This document shows, piece after piece, positions 35,614 to 45,522 of a stretch of DNA of 64,000 bases (the stretch's first letter is position 1; every line of letters begins with the position of its first letter). The notes beneath the pieces were generated by a model. It did not search any database. It saw nothing but the letters and a program-made list of their open reading frames with translations, and was not told the DNA's origin. Location of the stretch: NCBI GenBank assembly GCA_050013755.1, contig JBEKER010000004.1:8316-72315 (forward strand), written 5' to 3'. Both the position numbers and the translations under genes were made by a program. This DNA is from Halobacteriota archaeon. GTDB taxonomy: Archaea; Halobacteriota; Bog-38; Methanoflorentales; Methanoflorentaceae.

Positions 35614-36311
35614 AGGAGAGTTTTCAGCTCAAGCAAACGGTCGTCACAATCGTCGCGGACGCACGTGCGCACATCGAAAACGCAAAAGAGGCGATACGCA
35701 GCCACCGACGCGAGCTTGAGCTTTTCATAGCACTCAATCCTTTTTTCCAGTACGCACTTGAACCTCTCGATGAGTGCGTCGGGGCGCCTCCTGAGATAGC
35801 GCGCCGAATGCTAGAGGCCTCCTCTGCGACGAACGTAGGCCCGATGGCTGCGGTTGCGGGTGTTATCGCGGATCTCGCGGTTGAGGCAATGGTTGACGCG
35901 GGCGCATCTTATGCCATCGTCGACAATGGGGGCGACATCGCGCTGTCAACTGACCGCGAGGTGACCGTTGGGATATATGCGGGCGAGTCAGCATTCAACG
36001 ACGTTGCATTCAAGATTAGGCCAACACCATTTCTCGGCGTGTGCACGTCCTCAGCGACGGTCGGCCCGTCGATAAGCTTCGGCACGGCAGATGTCGCGTG
36101 CGTCGTCGCCGAAAAGGCGTGTTTGGCTGACGCTGCTGCATCGGCGCTTGGGAATTTGAGCACTGATCCTGAAGCGGCCTTTGGCGCGATAAAGGACATT
36201 AACGGAATTCTTGGCGCCCTATTAATCGTGCAAGACAATCTCGCTACGTGGGGTACCCTGCCTACGCTCGTCCACGCCTCGTTTGACGAAGCGTGTGTAA
36301 CACACGCCTAG
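35610..36311 (+). CDS. COG2122/UPF0280 ApbE-like protein (MA1715-like)
   Basis: GPMAAVAGVIADLAVEAM, IVDNGGDIAL, VCTSSATVGPSISFG; ATGA overlap with the ferredoxin stop. Confidence 0.7.
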   Translation: MKESFQLKQTVVTIVADARAHIENAKEAIRSHRRELELFIALNPFFQYALEPLDECVGAPPEIARRMLEASSATNVGPMAAVAGVIADLAVEAMVDAGASYAIVDNGGDIALSTDREVTVGIYAGESAFNDVAFKIRPTPFLGVCTSSATVGPSISFGTADVACVVAEKACLADAAASALGNLSTDPEAAFGAIKDINGILGALLIVQDNLATWGTLPTLVHASFDEACVTHA

Positions 36312-36406
36312 CACGCCAGAATACTGAAACGATCACCAGCGCTTGCTAAGCGCGCTTTCGTGTCTAACAAAGCATCTGTGGCGAACTGCCGCTATCGCCT
36401 CTGGAA

Positions 36407-37318
36407 CTAAAGGTTTTCGCGCCACCACTCGATCGTCCTGGTTAACCCCTCACTCAGGCCAACGTGGGGTTGCCATCCGAGCGCAGTGATGCGCGAGATA
36501 TCTGCCCACATCCTGTCTATTTCGATGGCCGCTGATCGGCGCCGTGCGCGCTGAGATGCTACGGTTATGCGTTTACCAAGGATCTGCGCCACGCGTGTAA
36601 CCAGTGCTTCAATGCTTACCTCGACTCCCGATGCGACGTTGTAGATCCCTTGGCCAGCATCAGCGAGTCGCAGCAGAGCCTCGATGACATCATCTACGTA
36701 GGTAAAGTCCCGCGTCGGGGCCAGATTACCCATCGTGAGCGAGTCGTGGGTGAGCGCCTGCCTGATAATCGAGGGTACGACAAAGTCAGGATGTTGACGA
36801 GGGCCGTACGTGTTAAAAAGTCGCGCGATCGCTGTCGGTATGCCGTACGCAGTACTGTATGCGGATATGAACGCTTCTGCAGCTAGCTTGCTTGCCGCGT
36901 AGGGCTCTTGAGCGTGAACGGGGTGCTCTTCGTCGATAGGAACGTACCTGGGAGTGCCATACACGTGGGCAGTGCTCACGAATACGAATTTCTCGACAGA
37001 TGGTGATCGCCGCACGGCATCAAGAACGGTTATGGTGCCGGCCGTGTTGGTCTCGAACGTTCGGCTTGGATCATCGAGGGCGTGCCCGACGTGGGCTTGG
37101 GCGGCCAAGTGAAACACGGTCGAAGCGTCGCTGATCGAGAATGCGTGGCTGAGGTCGCCACGCACGACATTCAAGCGGGGGATTTCTTGGGAAAGCCGGT
37201 CAGGCCGTCCCCGCGCGAGAATGCTGATGGCGGCCCCGCGATGCGCTAGGCATTCGACCAAGTGCGAGCCGAGGAAGCCCGTAGCGCCTGTTACAAAGAC
37301 CGTTTCCACTTTATCCAT
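36407..37318 (-). CDS. NAD-dependent sugar-nucleotide epimerase/dehydratase (SDR)
   Basis: VFVTGATGFLGSHL, YAASKLAAE (YxxxK); start at 37318 (GGAG upstream) or 37330. Confidence 0.85.
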   Translation of the reverse strand: MDKVETVFVTGATGFLGSHLVECLAHRGAAISILARGRPDRLSQEIPRLNVVRGDLSHAFSISDASTVFHLAAQAHVGHALDDPSRTFETNTAGTITVLDAVRRSPSVEKFVFVSTAHVYGTPRYVPIDEEHPVHAQEPYAASKLAAEAFISAYSTAYGIPTAIARLFNTYGPRQHPDFVVPSIIRQALTHDSLTMGNLAPTRDFTYVDDVIEALLRLADAGQGIYNVASGVEVSIEALVTRVAQILGKRITVASQRARRRSAAIEIDRMWADISRITALGWQPHVGLSEGLTRTIEWWRENL

Positions 37319-37381
37319 CTCAAACTCCATTGGATGCCATCGAACAGAGGGGGTGCAGCCGCGTCACACGTGGACAGCTTC

Positions 37382-38623
37382 TTACCGGAGTCTGCATCCA
37401 ATTCCGGCGAGCAGCTCCGTCACGTCGCGGTGCAGCTGTCCGACGTTGCCGTCTCGATAAGTGGAGACGCGGAAGGTGTAGCTTGCGCGCGGCGCGTAGT
37501 GATCGATGACGTTCACCGCAGTAACCCCTGGGACGGTGGAAAGCACGCGGGCCACAACATCGGGATCCGCCCCGGCAGGAAACACCGCGGAAAAATCCTG
37601 GTACCGCTGGCCGCGCGCTAGTCGGTACTGCTTGAGCTCTTCTTCCGTCATCAGTTGCACGTTTTCCGTCTTTAAGGTAACCTCCATGGATCCCTCTTCT
37701 ACGGCGATTTCGTCCGACGCAGCTCTTTTTATAATGCCGACGTGCACGGCTCCGGTGTAGACATTTCGGAGCCCGCGCGTACTCCCGATGGATCGCTTAA
37801 ACTCTTCCAGCTCTTTGATGTTGGCCATAATAAGCTTGTTGGAGCGTTTTAGGGCCGGCTCGGCGTCCCCGAAGTGCTTTGCCGCGCGCTTCATGCTCGC
37901 AACGAACCCGTCGCGATCCTTCGCGTTAATAATGTCAACGAGTGTCGCGCATTGCGTGAGAAAAGCTTCGCGGACGGATCGATCGGCGCTCATTTGGATT
38001 GAGGCATAGAGTGCGGGGTCCTGCCCCAGGATTCGTCCGACGAAATCTATGAGAATCTGGTAAACGGGGCTCATGAAGCGGCGCGAGCTTTTGATATCAA
38101 AGCGGAGGGCTTCAAGTGTAGCGCCCGTGGCGATGTAGCCGAAGTGGGTTAGTCCTTGAATCACTGACATGAGGCGGTCGTGCTCGTCAGCTGAGAGCTC
38201 CTCGACACGAGCGCCAGCGCTCTCAAAGAGATTGACGAGAAACTGACGTCCGCGTTCTCCGCGCACCGGCGTGACGATGACGGTCTGCCCCTCCATATCG
38301 GGCATGCTCGGACCAAAAAGGGGATGGACACTCACGAGCTCGACGCCTTGGGGGGCGCTGGCCAGCATCTGTTTGACGGGGTCTCGCTTGATGGACGTTA
38401 TGTCGAAGAGCACCGCGTCTGGTTTCAGGTAGGGTGCCACTTGTGCAATCACGTCGCAGGTGACGTCGATGGGCACAGCGACCATAACCACGTCGTAGTC
38501 CGCGTAGCGGACGCGCGATGATCGCCCAACAAGCGTGACATCCACGCCTCGTTGCACAAAAAATCGTTCGAACCAGCGCCCCATTTCTCCGTGGCCGCCC
38601 ACGATTGCCGCTTTGAGTGACAT
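37382..38623 (-). CDS. tyrA: prephenate dehydrogenase with C-terminal ACT-like region
   Basis: AIVGGHGEMG, VHPLFGP, HDRLMSVIQGLTHF; TAATG overlap with the aroE stop. Confidence 0.85.
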   Translation of the reverse strand: MSLKAAIVGGHGEMGRWFERFFVQRGVDVTLVGRSSRVRYADYDVVMVAVPIDVTCDVIAQVAPYLKPDAVLFDITSIKRDPVKQMLASAPQGVELVSVHPLFGPSMPDMEGQTVIVTPVRGERGRQFLVNLFESAGARVEELSADEHDRLMSVIQGLTHFGYIATGATLEALRFDIKSSRRFMSPVYQILIDFVGRILGQDPALYASIQMSADRSVREAFLTQCATLVDIINAKDRDGFVASMKRAAKHFGDAEPALKRSNKLIMANIKELEEFKRSIGSTRGLRNVYTGAVHVGIIKRAASDEIAVEEGSMEVTLKTENVQLMTEEELKQYRLARGQRYQDFSAVFPAGADPDVVARVLSTVPGVTAVNVIDHYAPRASYTFRVSTYRDGNVGQLHRDVTELLAGIGCRLR

Positions 38624-39495
38624 TACTGCCCTCCCTCGTCGTCCGTCCCATTCGCGCTTCGGAGTGCTTCGCGAACTGCCGCCTCCATAGTCTGTACGGG
38701 CGGGTCTAGCGCGGTCCACAGGGCGAAGGAGGCCGCCCCTTGGTGCACCAACATCTTCACGCCGTCAATTGTCTGTAATCCTGCTGCGCGGGCCTCGCGT
38801 AACAAGGGAGTCTCGAGCGGGTGATAGACGATGTCGAAGACCACGAGACCGGGATGCATTTGGGCTGCGGTTACGAGCGTATGTCCTTCAAGCACGCCGC
38901 GCATTCCCACGGTGGTGGCGTTGATAAGCACGCGTGCCTCGCGGAGCAGGCTATCGACTTCATCTAGGCTGTGTGCCTCTATGTCGCCACAACCACAGTC
39001 GATGTTCTCAACGGTCATTTGCCGGGCCAAGATGAGCGACCTGCTCACCGTCCGATTGGCAACGAGTACGCGTGCTCCGTTGAGCAGCAGTTGTGCCGCG
39101 ATCGCCTTTGCAGCGCCCCCTGCGCCAAGGAGCATGATGCTCGCGTCTTTGACCGTGACGCCGGCCTCTTCGAGCGCCCTGACCGCTCCAACGCCGTCGG
39201 TGTTGTAGCCCGCTCCCGCGCGGTCGATTGTGTTCACCGCGCCGATTCGTTGTGATAATACATCAGGCTTGCAGTGATGCAAAGCGGCTTCTTTGAGGGG
39301 AAAGGTGATGTTGAGTCCGCCAAACCCGAGCGCCCGCGCCCCGCGTATTGCTGTTTCGGCGCGCCCCTTGTCTACGTCGAAGGCGATGTACGCTGCGTCG
39401 AGGTCCAGCGCGGCGAACGCGGCGTTATGCATGACCGGCGAAAGCGAATGAGCTATCGGGCTGCCAAGCACGCCATAAACGGTCGTTACTGCCAT
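38623..39495 (-). CDS. aroE: shikimate dehydrogenase
   Basis: YGVLGSPIAHSLSPVMHNAAF, NITFPLK, NTDGVG, LGAGGAAKA. Confidence 0.9.
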   Translation of the reverse strand: MAVTTVYGVLGSPIAHSLSPVMHNAAFAALDLDAAYIAFDVDKGRAETAIRGARALGFGGLNITFPLKEAALHHCKPDVLSQRIGAVNTIDRAGAGYNTDGVGAVRALEEAGVTVKDASIMLLGAGGAAKAIAAQLLLNGARVLVANRTVSRSLILARQMTVENIDCGCGDIEAHSLDEVDSLLREARVLINATTVGMRGVLEGHTLVTAAQMHPGLVVFDIVYHPLETPLLREARAAGLQTIDGVKMLVHQGAASFALWTALDPPVQTMEAAVREALRSANGTDDEGGQ

Positions 39496-40214
39496 GAACG
39501 GATCTCTTCAATTGCACTCTTTAGCCGTGAAACGCTGAGCATCCCGGGTGACGCGCGCTTTCCGGTGAACCCGTACGGCCGCATCTTGGGGGAGATATGC
39601 TTCCCTACGTACCCGTACAGCAGCGATGAACCGTAAATTCCCATAAGTGGCCTGATATGCGACCCAAGGGCACCCATGGGCACCAAGCAGAAAGTCACGC
39701 CCTCTTCTCGCACGGCAAGGCTCACGTCAAGCACCCTCGGCACGTCCCGCAGGTGCTCAATGGTGACCGCCAGCTTGACGACGTCGCCGTAGCCATTTGC
39801 CGTTCGCATGATTTCAAGCATTGTCGTTTCTGCAGGCGTTCCGTCGAGGTCGTGATAAGAGAGCAACGTGGGACGACCGTGCGTCGCCGCTTCAGCAATC
39901 AGGTCGTCCCTATCCGGCGCCATGAGCTCAATGTCGACGATCGACGCGTATGAGATGAGGGGGGTGAGCTGCTCGCGGCGGTTCATCGCGGCGTTACCGC
40001 CCTCTTCGACTCGACGATTCGTGAGAATGACGGGTAGCGAGACCTCGTCGAGATCGCGCAGTACGCCGTTCGTGTCATCAGCGAGATCGACGCGAAATTC
40101 GATGATATCCGCTCCCTCTTCGACGGCCTGTCGCGCTTGGCCTGGCTCGTATATGACCCCGACGATCTTTGGTCCTTCGTCTCCTCCGATAATCACATCG
40201 CCTAGCTGAATCAC
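39486..40214 (-). CDS. aroD: type I 3-dehydroquinate dehydratase
   Basis: ADIIEFRVD, ILTNR, LLSYHD, VVKLAV (catalytic Lys context); overlaps aroE by 10 nt. Confidence 0.8.
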   Translation of the reverse strand: MIQLGDVIIGGDEGPKIVGVIYEPGQARQAVEEGADIIEFRVDLADDTNGVLRDLDEVSLPVILTNRRVEEGGNAAMNRREQLTPLISYASIVDIELMAPDRDDLIAEAATHGRPTLLSYHDLDGTPAETTMLEIMRTANGYGDVVKLAVTIEHLRDVPRVLDVSLAVREEGVTFCLVPMGALGSHIRPLMGIYGSSLLYGYVGKHISPKMRPYGFTGKRASPGMLSVSRLKSAIEEIRSWQ

Positions 40215-40218
40215 CTCA

Positions 40219-41340
40219 TCACCTCTCGATGAGCGTCTCCTCGACGCCTATGCCGAAATGCCGTCCTGCTCGCTCGCAGTGCGTGAGGACCACATCTCCT
40301 GGTTTCAATTCGGTAACGGCGACGGCTGTGCCTCCTTTCGCGACAAGCTTGATGGTCTCGGCGTTCTGAAGCAGTGTCTTGATCGTCGTACCGTCCACGT
40401 CAGCCTCAATCAGAATGAGCGGGCGCCGCTCAATCTTTACGCGGCCGATCACGCCTAGACGCGTCTCCCCGTCACTGCGCACGATCATCACGTCGTCTCC
40501 TGCCTGTAGCTCCGAAAGGTAGCGCGTCTTCTCCTCTCCATAGATATACGCGTGCACCGGCCCGGCATTTACGCGAAACGGCCTCGGCGCGACGTAAGGG
40601 CTCTCTTCGGTCTCAGCGTGGACGAGGAAAAAGCCGTTGGCGCCTGACCCGATAAGCATGCCCTCGCCGCTGACCATGAGTGAACACGTGTCGATGCAGA
40701 CGCGATCGCCCATGCCGACAGGCTTCACGGTCGTTACGGTGGCGGGCACCAGCTCGATGACGTGCTCGGATTTATGCGCAAATTCGATCGTTTTTGCGAT
40801 TTGTGACAGATCGTCGGTATCGAGGAGCACGCCGTCCGCACCGTGTTCCAAGGTCTCAAGCGCGGTTTTTGCCTCTTCGAACGATTTTACGCCTGCGATA
40901 ATATCGACCGTTCCCTGCAACGCGGCGATGAGATTCTCAAGGGGGATGACCTTCCAATCCGTTCCGATGATGATAAGGTGGCTGCACGCCGTTGCGACCT
41001 CTTGTGCGAATCGCTCGTGGGCTTTATCGGAGATCACGACATAGGCCGCCGTCTCAGCGGCCAGCGAGCTTAGCCGCGTGTAGTCGGTCGCGTCGGTTGT
41101 CGTGCTTGGAAGAAGGAGTGTTCCGTCGCCTTCTCCGCCTTTTCCCACGACGCGAATGTCCGCGTTATCGTCTCGCCCCTCGTCAAAGGCCGCCACCGTT
41201 ATGCTGCCAAGTTGCTTCACGGCATCCACGTCAGTTTCGCTGACCAACACGCAATCGGCGCCCGATTCGAGCGCGAAGGTAATGATCGGCTTTCGTTCCT
41301 CCCAGGGTCCCGCGTCCGCCTTAATCCACACGCTCTTCAT
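40219..41340 (-). CDS. aroB': 3-dehydroquinate synthase II (archaeal, ADH-dependent)
   Basis: 373 aa; N-terminus KSVWIKAD...W; strong resemblance to the MJ1249-type DHQS-II family; operon position. Confidence 0.85.
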   Translation of the reverse strand: MKSVWIKADAGPWEERKPIITFALESGADCVLVSETDVDAVKQLGSITVAAFDEGRDDNADIRVVGKGGEGDGTLLLPSTTTDATDYTRLSSLAAETAAYVVISDKAHERFAQEVATACSHLIIIGTDWKVIPLENLIAALQGTVDIIAGVKSFEEAKTALETLEHGADGVLLDTDDLSQIAKTIEFAHKSEHVIELVPATVTTVKPVGMGDRVCIDTCSLMVSGEGMLIGSGANGFFLVHAETEESPYVAPRPFRVNAGPVHAYIYGEEKTRYLSELQAGDDVMIVRSDGETRLGVIGRVKIERRPLILIEADVDGTTIKTLLQNAETIKLVAKGGTAVAVTELKPGDVVLTHCERAGRHFGIGVEETLIER

Positions 41341-41378
41341 GATTTCCCACCATGCACATCGCCCTCAGTCATTTAACG

Positions 41379-42176
41379 TTAACGCTCTACTTCTTGGAGC
41401 GCCTCTTTGACGGAAGCGTTGTCGTGCACGATGTGCGCTATCGCGCGAACGATGTGAGTCGGCTTGTCGTGCTGGAACACGTTGCGCCCAATGGCCACGC
41501 CTCGTGCGCCTACCGCGATCGCGTCTGAGATCATCTGAAGGAGCTCAGTGTCCGTCTCCACTTTGGGGCCTCCGGCGATGATGACCGGCACCGGACAACT
41601 CTCGACCACGCGTGCAAACGAATCAGGGTCGCCGGTGTAGTTCGTCTTGATCATGTCGGCGCCAAGCTCTGCGCCCGCTCGCGCGGCGTGGGCGACGACC
41701 TCCTCGCCGTACTGGTCCGAGACCTTGGCACCGCGGGGGTACATCATGGCGAGGAGGGGCATGCTCCATTCGTTGCAGCGTTCCGCAACGTGACCGAGCT
41801 TTTGAAGCTGGTTTGCTTCCGTCTCCGAGCCGACGTTTATGTGCACGCTGACCGCGTCCGCGCCTACTTTGAGAGCCTCCTCGACCGTACACACGAGCAC
41901 CTTGTCGTTCGGGTCGGGGCCCAACGAGGTCGATGCGCTCATGTGGACGATCAACCCGATATCGCGGCCGTACCCGCGATGACCGTGTGCCACCATTCCC
42001 TTTTGCATCAAAACGGCGTTTGCTCCTCCAGCGGCCACCTTGTTCACGATGTCGGAAAGGTTTACAAGGCCTTTGACCGGGCCTATGGAGATTCCGTGAT
42101 CCATCGGGATGATAACGATGTTGCCGCTGTCGCGATTGGTGATACGCTCTAGTCGTACTACTTTACCTGTTTCCAT
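41379..42176 (-). CDS. aroA': 2-amino-3,7-dideoxy-D-threo-hept-6-ulosonate synthase / class-I aldolase (DhnA family)
   Basis: RLERI...[27 protein letters not shown] (Schiff-base Lys), AIGRNVFQ; first gene of the aro operon. Confidence 0.85.
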   Translation of the reverse strand: METGKVVRLERITNRDSGNIVIIPMDHGISIGPVKGLVNLSDIVNKVAAGGANAVLMQKGMVAHGHRGYGRDIGLIVHMSASTSLGPDPNDKVLVCTVEEALKVGADAVSVHINVGSETEANQLQKLGHVAERCNEWSMPLLAMMYPRGAKVSDQYGEEVVAHAARAGAELGADMIKTNYTGDPDSFARVVESCPVPVIIAGGPKVETDTELLQMISDAIAVGARGVAIGRNVFQHDKPTHIVRAIAHIVHDNASVKEALQEVER

Positions 42177-42277
42177 GTCAATTCTTCCACATTGTTAAAG
42201 TGTAACACTGTAACGCGGCTACCGATATAAACTTTTTTGAAGAACCCTTATTACGCAAGCGACCAGAAGGTCAACGT

Positions 42278-43093
42278 ATGCTCGTAGGCGTGCTCGGACC
42301 AGAAGGGACTTACAGTGAGATGGCCGCGCTGGCCATGGGCTTTCGGGAAGACGCGCTGTGTTACTTCACCACCGTAGAAGACGTCGCAAGCGACCTTATC
42401 GGGCGTCGGCTTGACTGCGGCGTCATCCCCTTAGAGAACTCGATCGAGGGGTCGGTCGGAACCACGCTCGACGTGCTCCTCACCATGCCGCTGCAGATCG
42501 CCCGCGAGATCATCTTGCCCATACGCCACTTTCTTGCGGCCCTCGAGGGCGCAGACGTTCAAGTGGTGTACTCTCATTGGCAAGCAATCGCTCAGTGCAA
42601 CGCGTTTTTGCGCGCGTTTGGGCGGCAAGTGGTCGCGGTGAGCAGTACGTCACAGGCTGCGCACATGGCGAGCGAGGATCGACGCGCGGCAGCGATTGCC
42701 TCATCTCGCGCTGTGGAACGCTACCACCTGCAGATCGTTGAGGAGGACATTCAGGATGTCAAGGATAACTTCACCCGATTCGTCGTCGTGACGCGGCGTG
42801 GTGGACAGCCGCCGGCTCAAGAGGATTTGAAGACGTCAATCGTGCTCGAGCTGAAACGGGATAGGCCAGGAGCCCTCTATGAGGTGCTCCACGTGTTTGC
42901 GGAACGGCAGCTGAACCTCACGAAGATTGAGTCGCGGCCCGCAAAGCGGTCGCTCGGTGAGTACATCTTCTACATCGATCTTGAGGGCAGCGCGTCCGAC
43001 GCCGTGGTTCTGGATGCGTTAGGTGCGCTACAAGAGCACGTATCGCGACTAAAGGTGCTTGGATCGTACACTTCAACCCATTTCAGCCCATAG
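42278..43093 (+). CDS. pheA: prephenate dehydratase with ACT domain
   Basis: LGPEGTYSE, IPLENSIEGSV, TRFVVV, ESRP...YIFYIDLEG. Confidence 0.9.
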   Translation: MLVGVLGPEGTYSEMAALAMGFREDALCYFTTVEDVASDLIGRRLDCGVIPLENSIEGSVGTTLDVLLTMPLQIAREIILPIRHFLAALEGADVQVVYSHWQAIAQCNAFLRAFGRQVVAVSSTSQAAHMASEDRRAAAIASSRAVERYHLQIVEEDIQDVKDNFTRFVVVTRRGGQPPAQEDLKTSIVLELKRDRPGALYEVLHVFAERQLNLTKIESRPAKRSLGEYIFYIDLEGSASDAVVLDALGALQEHVSRLKVLGSYTSTHFSP

Positions 43094-43374
43094 TGCAACA
43101 GGGCCACAAAGCACCCGGATACGGCTCTTCTCGCAACAGCGTTTATCGGATCAAGGGCGTTCACTGTCGTTCGTATCGCCTGCTTCGCATGCCATCGTGT
43201 TCGTCTTTCTCGCAATAATCCCGTTTCTGTTGCGTCCGCAAGGCGGTTTCCCGGTTAGGCGCGACGCGTCGTGTGGGTGGCGCGGGGTCGACCGGCGGTA
43301 TGACTTCCTTCCGTGCGACGGCACGCCTTTGGTTCACAGATGCTAAATACGACGGGACGCAATGAGAAGAGAGT

Positions 43375-44091
43375 ATGAAGCTGCTCGCCACCGACGTCGA
43401 TAACACGCTGACGGGTGACCGCGCCGCCTACTCAAGCCTGGTCGCCCTGCTCTCGATGCATCGTGACGTCACTATCGCTTACGTCACGGGCCGCGATAAG
43501 ATCCAAATGTTTGAGATCATGGTCGCCGAGTGCTTGCGCGAGCCGGATTACTTGCTGTGTAACGTCGGCACCGAAGTCTATGAGGGGCCCGATTACCGGC
43601 GGGATGACGCATGGACGCGGCATATCGATCGTCAGTGGGATCGCCTTGAGCTACCCCAGGCACTCGCGACGATACCGCATCTTTTCCAGCAGTCGCGCCA
43701 GTTTGAGTTTAAGCAGAGCTACCATCTTTTTCGCAAAGCCGATGTCGTCATACCAGAGATTCATAAGCGGCTCAATGAAATCGGCATCGAACACAAGGTT
43801 GTCTACTCGAGCGGGACCGACCTAGACGTCATTCCGAAACGAGCGGGAAAGGGAGAAGCGGTCGACTACGTTAGGAAGAGGCTTCGAATTCGTCCACGCA
43901 GCGTCCTCGCAGCCGGCGATAGTGGGAACGACATCGAGCTGCTCTCTGCCGGGTTTTTGGCGGTCGTCGTCGGCAACCACAAATCGGAGCTCAACGCTGA
44001 CGCGCTGCCTGAGGACGTGTACTGGGCGCGCGAAAACTACGCGGCCGGCATCATCGAAGGAATAGCGCACTTCGGATTCTTAAAACCCTAA
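43375..44091 (+). CDS. HAD-IIB hydrolase, sucrose-phosphate-phosphatase-like
   Basis: LLATDVDNTL, YVTGR, LDVIPKRAGKGEAV, AAGDSGNDIELL. Confidence 0.75.
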   Translation: MKLLATDVDNTLTGDRAAYSSLVALLSMHRDVTIAYVTGRDKIQMFEIMVAECLREPDYLLCNVGTEVYEGPDYRRDDAWTRHIDRQWDRLELPQALATIPHLFQQSRQFEFKQSYHLFRKADVVIPEIHKRLNEIGIEHKVVYSSGTDLDVIPKRAGKGEAVDYVRKRLRIRPRSVLAAGDSGNDIELLSAGFLAVVVGNHKSELNADALPEDVYWARENYAAGIIEGIAHFGFLKP

Positions 44092-44129
44092 TGAGTTGGA
44101 GGCGCACGCGCCTATGTGGCGCGCGTTAA

Positions 44130-44582
44130 TCAGTCGATTGGGATCTTTCGAAGAGAGCCTTTGACGCGATCTTTTTTGCTTTCGCGCTCGTCAGCTACGC
44201 GTTCCGTAAAGTAGTCAAGCGCGGCTGGACAGTTGACCGCCAGTTGTTCGTAGAAGCGTCGCGTTACCGAAACGTCACCAATTTCGATCTCGTGCTGATA
44301 AGCGTCTGCGAGCACCTTTGGAAGGGCCCCGAAACGTTTGAGGATAACGGCAATGGCTACGACCGCTTGATTGGCATCTTCGGTAGACCAGCTTTCAACC
44401 ATCTCGGCATACAGTCTTGCTGCAATTACAAAAAACTTACGCAGCCGTTTGGGTTTTATTTGCTTGTTTTTGCTCAACAGGGGCTTTTCGTCGTGCGTCC
44501 AGAGCATTTGCGGTACGTCCGCGAAGGCGAGCACGAGTGACGAGGTGCGCGCCGCCAGTTCATTTTCGCTCAGCACTCGCAA
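44130..44582 (-). CDS. hypothetical protein (150 aa)
   Basis: ORF only; divergent from the small wHTH gene with a 35-bp gap. Confidence 0.45.
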   Translation of the reverse strand: MRVLSENELAARTSSLVLAFADVPQMLWTHDEKPLLSKNKQIKPKRLRKFFVIAARLYAEMVESWSTEDANQAVVAIAVILKRFGALPKVLADAYQHEIEIGDVSVTRRFYEQLAVNCPAALDYFTERVADERESKKDRVKGSLRKIPID

Positions 44583-44616
44583 CGTTTTTCCCTTCAGGTT
44601 TGTATTGCATTACGCG

Positions 44617-44865
44617 ATGACCTTTGCAGCTGAGATGAAGGAGAAAAAGCAACTGTTCTTGCGCGAAATGTACACCATTGCACAGGGTCGATTCGGGGTC
44701 TTAATTGATTCGTATGACGTCGGCGAAAAGCACGGGTTTGATTGGGAGACACTCGACACGATCATCGAGTACTTGGAGGCAAAAGGGCTTATCGCTTCGT
44801 ATGAGGGCACGCTGTATGCATCGCTTACGCTCAAAGGAGTTGAACGCATCGAAAGCCCTCAGTGA
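44617..44865 (+). CDS. small wHTH-like protein
   Basis: MTFAAEMKEKKQLFLREMYTIAQG...IIEYLEAKGLIAS...LTLKGVERIE; same pattern as ORF 56131-56523. Confidence 0.5.
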   Translation: MTFAAEMKEKKQLFLREMYTIAQGRFGVLIDSYDVGEKHGFDWETLDTIIEYLEAKGLIASYEGTLYASLTLKGVERIESPQ

Positions 44866-45028
44866 TTCACTACCACATTACTCAGATTGAGCTCCTACTT
44901 CACGTTAGCTCGTTTCCTTGGTAATTGAACTGCTGACCATCGATCGCGAGCACACGCCTCTGCCAAGTTGAACGCCTAAAGAAAGGCATTAATAGTCTGC
45001 GCGCGTTGACGATCTGGAGGCGAATCCC

Positions 45029-45244
45029 GTGAAAGTTCCACTTAATCAAGACACCATGATGAAGTGCGTCTGCCCCGGCTGTCCGACCTTTCAAAAAAAC
45101 GAACTTACCGATGGCACGTACTGCGCAATGGGCGTGAGCGAAAAGAAGCCCGAAATGAAGGGGTGTAACTGCTTGAGCTGCCCCCTCTACGCGGAATATA
45201 ACCTAAGTGGCGCCTACTTCTGCATACACGGTGCGGCAGATTGA
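45029..45244 (+). CDS. DUF2769-like small cysteine-rich protein
   Basis: CVCPGCPTF...YCAMG...CNCLSCPLY...YFCIHG matches my recollection of the DUF2769 duplicated C.C..CP pattern; GTG start. Confidence 0.6.
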   Translation: MKVPLNQDTMMKCVCPGCPTFQKNELTDGTYCAMGVSEKKPEMKGCNCLSCPLYAEYNLSGAYFCIHGAAD

Positions 45245-45522
45245 GACGCTTACATTGAACGAGCGACGCCGTCGCACACATCTCTACTTTCTGGTTCGAC
45301 ACTGTCGTCAGCGGACGAGCGCACGGGCGCTAATAAGTAAAACCATGTCCGGCCGCTTTTTTTGCAGTTTTGGCCGTGTGACTATGAAATCGTCCATGCT
45401 TCGCGCTAAGCCCAATTGATGCCGAGCGCGAGGCTGCAGGCGAACGATCAGGTAGATTAACGGAGCGGCGTATGTGGCCAAACGTCCTTGGTCATGCCTA
45501 GCCACTAGTCGGTCTTCTTTAA

